From Priapulus caudatus (taxonomy: Eukaryota), in contig NW_014577089.1 in the NCBI RefSeq assembly GCF_000485595.1, positions 1 through 52,864 of the forward strand: a stretch of DNA of 52,864 nt, given 5' to 3'. Positions 11,837 through 24,113 of this stretch are shown piece by piece. A program made the position numbers and the translations under genes. Under the pieces are notes generated by a model that saw nothing but the letters and a program-made list of their open reading frames with translations, ran no database searches and was not told the DNA's origin. Numbering within the stretch: the first letter of the stretch is position 1; every line of letters begins with the position of its first letter.

Positions 11837-13864
11837 CTAGTTACAAAAGTGAAAAACTATATAAATGTGAGGAAACTGGGAGTATTAGTACAAGGTAAAC
11901 ATGGCAAGTAAAATATCAGGGCTCTCCCTAGGCCATTAATACATGTCGGAGCCTAGGTGCCTTCAAAGCTGAAGATAATTTGCAACACCGCACAAATCCT
12001 TACTCGCCTAATCGACATGCCATAATTTCCAGCTGTGTTTATTTTCAACAATGCCAGCACAGAAATGCTGTATTGACACATTATGCTTGGGACATGCGTA
12101 ATTGACTCCAATTTGCTATTGGGGATGAGTTGCCAGATTGCCTAACATGAATGCCCCTTCTAAAATTCCTGGTGGATAAGCTTGAATATGGTGACTAGTT
12201 GAGTTATAAGTATGTAAACCACACACTCATCATAGTTGCAAAGGCTACATTTAGAACTATTGCACAAGAGACGAACTAGTAACTATTGCACAAGTGACAA
12301 GGTTACAATACCTCTAGCAGGCATCTTCAAGCCTCGACTTTATCCCCGAAATGCGTTCCTGGTGATATGGCTAGCTACAAGAACAACAGTCATGATTCAC
12401 TTAAATATAAACTGCAGACAAATGCAGGCATAACAACACTTAAAATATTGTTCATTCTCTGCATAACATGGTTCGTTATCACACAATGTATGTGTGCACT
12501 AAAGAAAATTTAGGAGGGACATGACCTAGTCGGACCTGCCTAGTAAAGGGCCATGTACAACAGTCTGAACGTAGCATACATAATTGAACTAACGTGACAG
12601 CTTTTAATAATTTCCTTTGTGCTAGAATGTATAAAGCAAGTTGTCCTGTAAAGTTTCTTGTCGCTTAGAATGCAGGAAACTGTACTGGATCACACTTACA
12701 TGCCATGTAATAGTTCAAATGAACCATTAACCAATAACCATCTGGGATGCTCGAAGTACTTATATCTGCATGTTATAGGCACTGCTTGAATACTGAGTAA
12801 AGGTCAAGACACACTAGAGTGACAACAACCAACCATAATGCTTTCCGACATTAAAGAAAAAAAGAAACTCTTGTTTCCAATCAGCTGTTGCACATGGGTG
12901 CATTAACGTCTAGAGAATAGTTTCTAACTTCCACCAACATAGTTGCATGCCACTTCACAAACAGCTAATCACAACTGTAAAAAATTTTCCATCAACATGT
13001 GACAAAAACATGTTGTAATGAAACTGAGCTGCTCAGCTGTCTACAGATCGCAATGGCATCTGTCAAACAGACCATTTTACGTTTAGGGATATTTGGTTTT
13101 ATAAAATCTGGGGCATTTATTGTACAAGGCTGTCCAGCTAAAAGAACACTTATGACTATCCTGAGCACAGAACATTGAAATAAATGGTAATTAAGCCCAT
13201 GTAACATTCAATAGTCCTGAATTTACAAACTTGAAATGTACACTATTTAGTAGTCTCGATAGACAAATGCTTTGATATAATGCCAGTCGTTATCGCCTGC
13301 GCCGTGGCCAAGTCCAGTTGCTGCTATGACGTTAAACTAGGGTTGGTTGATGTTGCTGCAGTGTTTTGGCGTTTGGTTTTTATGCTATTTTCTGAGATGG
13401 AGTGAGTGTAAACAACTCAATCGACATCACATGTGCTTAACTCAGTTCAACTAAAATCAGGGGATCGACTGACGGTGAATTTTAAGCCGAGGCAAACACA
13501 TGGCGTCACCGTGCGACTAGCATTTCGGTTTCAAGTATTTAACTAGCATCGATTTGGATTGCCCATATTCCGATCAAAGTGCAGTTGCAATCTGGTTATT
13601 TTGTTCACATTGACATTTTCGGCAAGAACAAGGTTTTAGAATTAGCTGTAATAAAGATAATGGTTTACGGTAATACACACAGCCTGACACCTATCCAGTA
13701 GAAAATATGTTATCGGCACAAGTTTATGTTGGGAATCTGAGCAAACTGCAAGTGTTTGAAAACGGCCGTGATGTGACGTTTCTCGGAGCCGAGTTTATCA
13801 ACAGTCACTGTCACTGACACTGTCAAAAGGCTGCCATCCTACACTGTCACTCACTGACGCTCAT

Positions 13865-14966
13865 AGGGTCTATGTCCCCCAGGGTACTGCCGGAACTTTC
13901 CCCTGGGTACGGTCCGGTATACCAGAACGTACCGGTACCCTGGTAGTGGCAACTATCTGATGTGGTTAGGGTTAGGGAGTAGGCGTAGGCGTAGGTGACA
14001 TATATGTACCTGAGGTAACTATCTGATGTGGTTAGGGTTAGGGAGTAGGCGTAGGCAACTCCCTAGACTCGTTAGTGGAGTAGGCGAGGTACGGTCCGGC
14101 ATATTAGATAGTACCAGGGTACGTTCCGGCAGTACCCTGGGGGCATATATGAGTCGAAATATGCTAATGAGTAATTTTTTGTAACACGGATGTGAAAAAA
14201 TGAAATTCTTTATTTCTATTTCAAACTTCCCAACTCAACTGGTATAAACATCAGTTAATCATAATCCAAACATGTAATGTCAACTTCCGAACTAGAAACA
14301 TACAAAAATTGTTTTTCACAAGGTAGACAGCTTGTTCGCATGTTAGGACGTTGCGGACGTTATTGTTTTTACAGACAAAGTGGTGTTTTGTTTCAAGCTA
14401 ATTTATTTTCAGGAAACCAACCCAGATGTCTGTGTTAGCAAAAGTAAACTGCTATTTAATAATCAATCAATCAACTGATGTTTTCAAACGTGAGTTTAGA
14501 CATGTCGGTATCCTCTAAGGCCAACCACATTTTATGTCACCTGTTTGACAGACAACCTAACGTCCGGAACAGATGGTTTAAAATCAAAATTTGAAGAAGG
14601 TAGAGACGTTTTGTGAAATGTTTTATTACATTTACTGAGAGATGCTTACATGATGTGCTGTACCATAAAACATTTATGGGGAAATTTCAGCAGCTGTGCA
14701 GTAAATATATAGTTCTTTAAAAGGTGTCATGACATGTTACAAACTCACTCTGCAAACATGCATGGCTCCTTCTGAACTTCATCCTATAATTACTAGAAAA
14801 GTGGTAGGGAGAACAAACTCAAACTGTGCATGCTGTTTCTCTATGATCTAATGTGTAATGACAGACAATCCCAGACAATTCCATGAGGAATAAATATTAT
14901 AATTCCCCAGGGGAATAAAACGGGTGCTAAATTACGCATTAGGATATTTCGACTCATATAGACCCT
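13865..14966. mobile_element. Non-autonomous DNA transposon (~0.8 kb without the nested insert)
   Basis: Removing the nested element restores a ~38-bp TIR AGGGTCTATATGAGTCGAAATAT(G/C)CTAATG(A/C)GTAATTT. Flanks ctcat / ctcag suggest a TCA or CTCA duplication. Confidence 0.8.
13873..14145. mobile_element. Nested MITE with internal TTAGGG/GTAGGC repeats
   Basis: TIR TG(T)CCCCCAGGGTACTGCCGGAAC / GTTCCGGCAGTACCCTGGGGGCA, TA duplication, two copies of AACTATCTGATGTGGTTAGGGTTAGGGAGTAGGCGTAGGC. Confidence 0.82.
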
Positions 14967-15219
14967 CTCAGCCTCACTGACACCGAGTCTGACACTGAAC
15001 GAGATTGCCAACTAACATTAGTAAAAAAAGGCGAATTTTGTGATTCACCTACGACAAGTAACCCATATTATATATATTACTATTAGGCAAAGTTGTAACT
15101 TGTAACTACTCACACAAAACGTACTTACTAAGTTACTAGTAATAATACACTGTTACACACAAACAAAGTACTGTTTATCAATGTACTATGTAGCAGAGCA
15201 ACATAGACTTCAACCATTA

Positions 15220-15386
15220 CCGACCGGTAGTCGGCGCTAGTATCATGCGCGAAACGGCAGCGCCCTCTGTTCCTTGACAATAATCAAACAAATGGCGACT
15301 GAGTAAAAGCGAAAGTACTTTGCTGGAAAGTTAACGCTTTTTATATTAATCAGAGCATTATTCTGAGATAAAAGTGACGCAACAAA
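15220..15386 (+). promoter_or_regulatory. Probable FAM8A1 promoter / 5' UTR
   Basis: CpG-containing patch and a YY1-like AAATGGCG near 15290, just upstream of the ATG. Confidence 0.4.
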
Positions 15387-15762
15387 ATGACTAATGAGCA
15401 AACGTCTAGTGTGCAGTTCACGCAATGGTTTCGTGGCCGTCAAGAAACCGTTGACTACAAATCCGCTAACGACTATGCCGTGGCCGTACGGCAGTGGATG
15501 TGGCAATGTCACATATGGAAGTTTTACACTATGTTCCCTTTTGGCATGCCACCGTCACCTCCACAAGGACTAGCCTCCAACGTTGGTTTATATGAAGAGA
15601 CCAGAGATTCGCATGGTAACGTTGTTCAGCAACACTACCAGGGATTGCCGCTTGCAGGACTGCTGCTTCCATTCCCGCTAGGTGTGGGACAGCCACATGC
15701 ACCAGGACTTCGTGCAGAAGCGGCTTACACAGCCACAACTAGCGCAGCAGCTCAACGTCCAG
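15387..15762 (+). CDS. FAM8A1: FAM8A1 exon 1
   Basis: ATG at 15387, CCAG/gtttgt donor, phase 1. Confidence 0.85.
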
Positions 15763-18700
15763 GTTTGTAAATTAAAGTGTGAGGTGTTTTGTGTAAGTGC
15801 ATGGCAACTGTCAGACGGGTCACCGCCACTTGGTGTAGTCTAGCAGAAGTTTCCGTGCTGCACTTTTTTGCACACATGCTCGACAAATGACCATGCATAT
15901 ATGCAATGCCAATGACAATCTTATCATTAGTACATTACCATTTTTATTATTCATTTTACGTTGGTAGCTACATTCGTTGTGTGGTTTTCAAACACTCCAC
16001 CTGTATGAATGTACATGTGAATTGTAAAACAATATTTTAATGTGCAAGCGATTTAATGTGTTCTTGTTTTCTACAGGGCGACAATACAGGATACCTCACG
16101 TGTGGAAACGTTTCTGCGCAGAGACAATCGATTTCTTGATTTTGTTCGTCCTCAAGGTCATCTTGACGCTCATAGCAGCCGAGGAGTTTGATCTAATGTA
16201 CGTGCAATCATGTAAAGCCGTAATATACAACAACAGTCATTTGACTCTGAAACACCTAATTTCTTTGAGTTACCAACCAGCACCCATATGTTACATAGTA
16301 TGATCCCACACATGGAAGGCCACACTCACATAGCAGACATGCACACAAGCACATGTATGGACATGCACATGCACACACACGCCCACACAAGCACACATAA
16401 ACAAGCACACACACCTGCATACGCATGTGTGCACATGCGTGCCCACTCACATGTGGACACTTGCATGTTCCTGCTCATCTGATTTCTCTGTCACCCTGCT
16501 CTGCTTTTTTCCATGGAGGTCTTCAATGTGGCCTTATATGATAGATGAAAATATTGTTGTGTGTGAACCATATTTACTGAATTAAGTACTATTACATTTT
16601 TATGTGTTACATGGTTCATTCTACATGTCTGCACGGTTCCATGTCTTACTCACACTGTTTTTATTGTCCCACTTATCGGACCATGAATGGTTTAAATGTG
16701 AGACGATAGAGCATTGCCTAAACTCTAAAACAAAGGAAAATGCAAAGGGATATTATCTCTATTCCCAAGGATCTGAATCAATTCTAAGGTCTTTAGCATT
16801 TTTACAATAAACCAATAGTGTGAGTGTGTAACGTTGATCAATTAGTCACCTACAATAAGTTGGGAAAATACAATGTTCTGATTTCTCAATTTTTGGTCAA
16901 TGAGCTGTTCTACTTTTGCACATTAAACCAAGCAGAAATGTGCAAGTGGTATGTTCTGACCATGATTTATATGCTGGTTTATAACACCACACTGCAAAGC
17001 ATATATATCAGGAGTGTATAATAGGGAGGAGTGTGACATCAATAAACAAGGGAAATTCGTCATTTACTAGCCTTATAATACCTACGATTTACTACGCGTA
17101 ACTCATCCAACTTGAGCTCAAATCGTACACAGTACATTCGCCTACCATCGTGCGAAATCCTTTCCTCGTAGACACCCGCAATCCGAAGATACAGCCTAAA
17201 ACATACGACACGATTCTCCAATCTTTGGCCATTAATCAACCGTAGAGCGCGCCTATAATTCAAACAAAAGGCAGCTACTAACCACACTGTCCACGGCTTG
17301 CGCTCACGGCGAGGCACTGTGGCTCGCAGGGGGATTAGGCATCAACGCAACACTCGGCGAGATAACCTTTGACCCGGTACACAGCTACAATGTATGCCTT
17401 ATGTCATACCGGCATGCCGGCAATACAGCTGGCATGCCCCCATACCACGCACGCACGCCAATCGCTATCAGCAGCAGATCGGATTGAAATCTCCCTGCGA
17501 GCCACAGCGCCTCGCCGTGAGCGCAAGCCGTGGACAGTGTGGTTAGTAGCTGCCTTTTGTTTGAATTATAGGCGCGCTATGCGGTGGATTATTGGCCAAA
17601 GAATATGGAGAATCGTGTCGTAGGTTTTAGGCTGTATCTTCGGATTGCGGGTGTCTACGAGGAAACGATTTGGTACGATGATGGGCGAATGTACTGTGTC
17701 CGATTTGAGCTCAAGTTGGATGAGTTACGCGTAGTAAATCGTAGGTATTATAAGGCTAGTAAATGACGAATTTCCCTTGTTTATTGATGTCACACTCCTC
17801 CCTATTATACACTCCTGATATATATGCAAACAAGTTTGGAGAAGTTAAGCCATTTATTAACTTTCTAACTTTCTGACTAAAAGCCAGTAGTGTAAATACA
17901 CCATCATACTAGTGATTAAAAAAGAACGTTCTGGTTGGTTATTGCTTTCTTCATAGTCTTACTGGTCTTATCATAGTTACATGACAATAAGCCCTGACAA
18001 GTATTGTGCGTAGGATCTTTTGATCTACCTGAAAAGTAATTGTATGTGTTTATGATGTTTTGTCGCAACCACTGTTATCATCAGATATTCTGTATATGTT
18101 TACAGACAGCTGACAGAGTATGAGTGGGCAGACTTGACTGATTCAGACAACTTTGAAACAGCACTACGCTTCACTCAGGACCTGATGATTTTGGAGCTTA
18201 TATATCGACTGTCATGTCTAGTGTATGAGGTAAGTAGCACTTGTGGCACTACTGAGTTTGCTTTAAATGTGTCAAATTCTCAAGCTGTTGAACGTCGAAT
18301 GGTAGTGTCTTCTATATACAAGGTGGCTGTGGTGCCGTCACTGTTTACACACAGGGTATAGGAATTGCTTGCCTGTGCGAGTTGCTGCTATTACTGTATA
18401 TGCCCACGTTTGCAATACATTGTGTCATTGTTGCTAATCTTATCTTCATCAATGCTTTTAGACTATATTTCTGCAAAGAGGGCTTACTTCGTCTGGTGGT
18501 TCAACTCCCGGTAAAAGGATGTTAGGGTTGAAGGTTGTGCTGTGTCGTGAAATTCAGGAACTTCCTGATGGGAGGGTTATCGTTGTCCCTGCTGACGACC
18601 TTGGATTTGGCTGGTATGTACATTGCTGACTAATTTATCCAATGGAATAGAATTAGTGTATGTGAAAAATCATTAAACATTAGGTATGTTAGATAGAGCC

Positions 18701-18764
18701 TTGTATTATTTATGGTATGATATATAAATTTCCCATTACACGGAGACATACGCACACACGCACG

Positions 18765-18863
<99 letters not shown>

Positions 18864-19226
18864 NNNNNNNNNNGAACGCACGTACGAAAACGCACGTACA
18901 CACGAACGCACGTACGAAAACGCACGTAGACACGAACGCACGTACGAAAACGCACGTACGAAAACGCACGTACACACGAACGCACGTACGAAAACGCACG
19001 TAGACACGAACGCACGTACGAAAACGCACGTACGAAAACGCACGTACACACGAACGCACGTACGAAAACGCACGTAGACACGAACGCACGTACGAAAACG
19101 CACGTACGAAAACGCACGTACACACGAACGCACGTACGAAAACGCACGTAGACACGAACGCACGTACGAAAACGCACGTACGAAAACGCACGTACACACG
19201 AAGGCACGTATACGCAAACGCACGTA

Positions 19227-19313
<87 letters not shown>

Positions 19314-19724
19314 GGGTTTTCCTGTTAAATTTAAAGACGTATTCCCCAAGCTGTGAAATGAGTGTTGGGATTGTGAAAAGTAAAAAAAGCTAGAAATTAA
19401 TGCATATCGAATTAGCAATCAAGGCATGTCGGAGTATTTCTGTGATATCACAAATTAACTTCAGCGTTAAAGGTGTTAACGGCCTGGGGAGAACCCTGAT
19501 GTATTATAGGGAATTATGTTGACTATTATTTTATCACAACATTAAGATTATAATAAGGTATTTGTTATTTTCTTTATTCCAGGGCTCTTCTTCGATCGTT
19601 GGTGAAGAATTTCTCAATTGCCTTTATGTTTCCAATTACATTAACAATGTGCCTGTTTCAACATAATAGAGCTGTTTACGATCTTATTGCAAATTCAGTT
19701 GTTGTAGAAGACCTTGTGAATTAG
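15387..19724 (+). CDS. FAM8A1: Protein FAM8A1 (RDD-domain membrane protein, HRD1 ERAD cofactor); join(15387-15762,16077-16197,18106-18229,18462-18613,19583-19724)
   Basis: Phases consistent. Peptides YAVAVRQWMWQ, GRQYRIPHVWKRFCAETIDFLILFVLK, GGSTPGKRMLGLKVV, RSLVKNFSIAFMFP, FQHNRAVYDLIANSVVV. Confidence 0.93.
16077..16197 (+). CDS. FAM8A1: FAM8A1 exon 2 (start of RDD domain)
   Basis: ctacag acceptor, AT/gtacgt donor. Confidence 0.92.
17009..17817. mobile_element. Foldback MITE with ~325-bp arms and CAGGAG...CTCCTG ends, in FAM8A1 intron 2
   Basis: 17009-~17335 is the reverse complement of ~17487-17817 with scattered substitutions; ~150-bp spacer; ATATATAT on both sides. Confidence 0.9.
18106..18229 (+). 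CDS. FAM8A1: FAM8A1 exon 3
   Basis: ttacag acceptor, GAG/gtaagt donor; QDLMILELIYRLSCLVYE. Confidence 0.9.
18462..18613 (+). CDS. FAM8A1: FAM8A1 exon 4
   Basis: GGSTPGKRMLGLKVV RDD motif; AG/GT boundaries. Confidence 0.93.
18752..19312. repeat. (CA)n - 74-bp higher-order minisatellite - (CA)n composite
   Basis: 14-bp GAAAACGCACGTA(C/G) and 16-bp ACACGAACGCACGTAC monomers; the TAG variant recurs at 18927, 19001, 19075, 19149. Confidence 0.92.
19583..19724 (+). CDS. FAM8A1: FAM8A1 exon 5 (last)
   Basis: ttccag acceptor, TAG at 19722-19724. Confidence 0.93.
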
Positions 19725-20902
19725 ACTTAGAGCGGCATTTTTGTATGCCTACTTTTATAAGGCCAGCAATGGTTTCTTCTTTATAACAACAAATATTGGA
19801 TGATTCGTTGATACTGCATAGTGTACAGTGTATATATTCATAGTAAATGCATATGTTTAACAGTCCTTCCAGACAATTAATCTTTCAGAAAGAATTTTCA
19901 AAGATATTATTCTTTAAAGAACAAATTATTTTAGCCTTTTGTAATTATGTATGTAGGTGTGTGCATGCATTTGTGCGTGTGTGTACGAAAAAACATGTAT
20001 TTGTTATTTTAAAGGAAATCGTTCGTAATCTTTTCAAGGTTTAATTAATTGCAATCATCTTGTGCAAGCGACTGCAGCTTCGTAACCCTGTCACAGTAAT
20101 ATTCAAGATTCATCTCAGATTCTGCTTACCAGTTTAAACGTTTTCTTTATTGTCCACAAGTGGACTTGCAACTAATCTAATATTGAAGTTGCATAATAGG
20201 CATGCCTACATGGCTTACAACTTCAGCTGCAAATGTACATAAATCAGGTGAGAATATAAACTCTAACAAAGTAAAACATTGTATGCTACTCGTGTGTAGC
20301 ATCCTATGTTTAATGAGCAAAGAATTAATTAAATGCCAGTCATGTCTAGTATTTCTGTAGCAAAATCGAAAATATTTGTAATTAATCATGTCAATGGATG
20401 TGTGCACTAATATGATTTACCAGTGTGCTCTATTAGGTATTGTTCATGTTTGTGCTGTAGAAGCAGAGTTACATGTATATTATCAGAAGTGTCATAATAC
20501 AGAGTCTATATAATATAAAGTATATATGACACTCTTGATATTATGTTAGAAATGAGGCAGAGATTATGTTGTAATAATGTTCAAGATTGATATGCTTTCC
20601 ACTTTTCCAGTTATATGTCATTACATTAACAGAATAGTTTATGCGCTCTTGATTACACATAACGTATTGTTGCGAAATTATTCTATTGTATGGTAGAAAG
20701 GGTGATGGCTTCCCATTTGTATTGCGCCAGTATCATGCCTAGAAAGTGAATATACATATTATTTTAGGTTTATTTAATTCTTTTCTCTCTAATGTCGGTC
20801 ATTGCCAATGTTGAATAATTATTTTCAGTCTAGAGCTTACATAGCAAACTATTACTTGCTCATTAAAAATGATTGAAAAATTTTCCTGGATCTGAAGCTG
20901 TT

Positions 20903-20908
20903 AATAAA
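20903..20908 (+). promoter_or_regulatory. Candidate FAM8A1 polyadenylation signal
   Basis: AATAAA followed by a GT/T-rich tract. Confidence 0.45.
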
Positions 20909-21339
20909 AGTGATATATTAATGTTGTTATATTTGTTTTCGACTAGTTTTGAACATTGTCACCGGACGTTGAATGCATTTATCGTAGGAACTTGCGCTAC
21001 ATGATCCCCGTCACTCACGTCATCGGCGCCATCTACAACCAAACACCTTAGTGTCGTCATCGATTGGTGATTCTGTGCGTCTCGGTCATATAACGCGCAA
21101 TATTGGCAGAACATAACTGGAAGGCACTCGGGAAGTGCGAATCCTTCGCATACGCGATCACTACACCTGTGATATTTTTGTAGGCTGAGGTTGGTACTTC
21201 TAATGGATGACGTTGACCTTGGTAAAATATCACTCAAAATGAATACTTGTCAAGGCGCGTCGGCATGAGACGTAATCATCCCACAGTTGACACATTGTGC
21301 GGATGCTATTCTACAGCACAGAGAAATAAATGGATATCC

Positions 21340-21470
21340 AGCGGACAAAGTTTAGTTCTATACAGATCCGTGTCCCTGTGACCTTGACGTCACTCAGAAT
21401 CAGTTCTACCGCCCCATAAGATGCACCTGTAGACCAAGTTTGAAGTTTCTACTTCTTACGGTTGCAAACA
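21340..21470. repeat. Probable interspersed repeat fragment (Helentron-associated type)
   Basis: TGACCTTGAC ... ACCAAGTTTGAAG motif arrangement. Confidence 0.35.
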
Positions 21471-23796
21471 TAACCTAACGTTGGAAGCGTTATTAAATTA
21501 AAGATTTCAAACGTTTACTGTTTTTCATTCTCTCCAACAATGCGTTTCCATGTAATCAATGTACGTTCTCTTGTCTTGGTTACGTACTAGTACGGACTAG
21601 TTTTTATGCTAAATTGTTTTTAAATAAAACAAAAACGGGAACATTGAAAAAGATACAGAAACACCCAAATAAGACGCGAAGACTAGAGTTAATGTATCTA
21701 TATACAAATGGTTTAATTTAATACAAAATCCAAAAATTGGTAATATATGTCATTACAAACAATTTTCGCATCAAACCTCTATGTACAAACACTGTCTATA
21801 TTAAACAAATTGTACAAAATCCTGTAATCAATGATTTTAAATTTAGTCCACGTGTATCAGTATTTCGATCACATAACTAGTAACTACCACCAAAACGAAA
21901 ACGAACTGGCAACGCCAGATGCGCTACAAAGTTACACGCGTAAAGATCATCAATACGAGGAGACACGTGGGTGCGAATGAGCCAACCGCCAACAGCCCTC
22001 CCAAATGACTACGGACCCCAGTTCTCCGTGGGCACAGTTCACTTGCACTGTATGTATGCATCATGTAGACGTTGGTCGTTTATAAGTAGTTTACAAAAAA
22101 TACGCACCCTGTTCAACAATAAATATTCTATTCGTGTCAGTTATTAGGCTGAAGATTCTATATATACAAAACTATTATATTCATTACAAATGTTCTGTTC
22201 ACATCACAACTCACCAATAATCTGACTTGTAGACTCTCTTATATGTACTTATAAAATTGCTATGGCTTTAATTAATGGAGAACGAACGCCGTTGGGCATT
22301 GTGATCGAAAAATATCGCGACAGTGCGTTAAATGCGGATCATTGGGATTGGAAGCATCTGATGTGGAACTCTGGGTAACACAGGACATCCCGACGGCACC
22401 GCATCCAGTGTTGACCTTTAGGTCACACCGAACGAAAGGCGCAACGTCACACACAACTGTTATGGAACACTATGGCTAAGTGGGAAGCCACACAACACAC
22501 AACTACCACACTAACGGGCTGCACAACAGCCGAGCAAGGGTGGGTGCGCGTACGTTGGCGAGTAGGTGGGGGCTATATTCTATAGAGGGCGGTGGGTGCG
22601 CTAACCATTCTAACAACATATGGCTATGCCTACGATTGGAGGTGGGGTGCTTCTATATGCAAGACTAGCTGTGTTAGCTAGCTGTGGCTATCGCTCAGCA
22701 GGGACGTGACGAGCATACGCACAGGTCTTCGCTGACTCCCGTCACATTATATTGTCCGATTCCGAACCCTGGCGCAAACCGCGGGAATCAACGAAGGGCG
22801 GACCCTGTTGCCATAGCCGACGGTTGAGAAAGGCACGGTTTACACGTGGGTGGGGTAGAGAAGTGAACACACACGGGGGAAGTGCATAGTAAGACGAATG
22901 GCCTCGGCAACGTGCCTCACACTGGACAGAAAGACAACGTGTGAGAGTACTAACGTTTTGTACAATAATTATTGCTAGTTACACACACCTGGTCAGCCAT
23001 GACTGTGCTCACCACTGATGACGATCTACTGTAACAACCTGCAGTACTGTTAGTACAATGCAAAAATCTTGCGACGGACGCTTCTACACCTACTGTCTAA
23101 TAACAGGACCAAATTTCAACGCGTACAGAGGGCGGGCCTCACGCTGGAATGGTCATCAATTATTGTTATGCAAACGCGAATGAGAAACGAGAATTAGTGC
23201 TACACTACAGAACAATTGTTATTCACAGCTTTACAATCTTAGGGAGAGGTAGTTCACTGATTCTGGAATTGCTAGTCGATCTATGAACGAATAATAGCAT
23301 GCTACAATTATCTCCGATACTGCAACATTGATTCTACATCACACAATTATATGGCAATGTAATTTATAACAAGAAGTTTTGACATCGGAAAGTTGTTGGC
23401 AGGATTTGTTGATACAAGCTCGAAACTAAAATCGCATACACTGAAAGCTAGCCAACACGTAAAATAGTCTTTACAGAATAGTGTATGTCTATGCACATTG
23501 TCTCCATTTTCCCAACCAAAATTGTCTATAAAACCACGTGTGCCAAAGCCTGAATTCACTTGCCAAGCACTGAATTCATGCACCACTTAAAACTGTGAGT
23601 ATACAGTCGCATTTCATTGTTACAGCATTAGAAAACAATTCTTCAGACATTACCCCGCAGACATACCATCGAGATTCAAAGCCATGTGCGCAAAACCATT
23701 TTCCCCACCACCTCGTAAGCTGACTTCATGCATAGCATTCACAAGCAACACAGCTAAGCCGCCCTCGTAATGACAGGTGGCTCCACCTGGAAGCGA

Positions 23797-24113
23797 TCAG
23801 TCGGACTGGTAATCCTCGGCACAGGTATCGCTCATGTAGAACTCGTTATCGGACAGGTTGTCAGGTGAGCCCACGGCACTGTTGTCCGATAGCGGCTCCG
23901 CTACGTTCGCGCCATTGCAGCCGCTGGGTGCTTTCTCACTGCGTGCATCGGAACTGCCCTCTGTTGGCACCGGTAGATCTGTACCGGTTTCGAGAAACTC
24001 AAAAGTGTTAAGTGCGGCTTTCTCCTTGTCACCAAATCGGAAAAAGAAGTCCTTGAGGCCGAAACGGAGCAGAGATCGACGTGGCCTGGAAGGGGTCTTC
24101 ACTTTCTCCTTGC
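23797..24113 (-). CDS. NCKAP5: NCKAP5-like last coding exon
   Basis: ctacag acceptor; [25 protein letters not shown]. Confidence 0.75.

Noticed and set aside
13960..14045. Interstitial telomere or chromosome-fusion relic
   Set aside because: Only two TTAGGG units per block, inside a TIR-bounded element with a TA duplication.
17060..17766. Pair of similar small ORFs on opposite strands (PRRERKPWTVWLV..)
   Set aside because: A by-product of the foldback arms; one copy is frameshifted and I recognise no domain.
18630..19418. Long ORFs rich in VC/RAFSYV
   Set aside because: Translations of (CA)n and the minisatellite; no coding signal.
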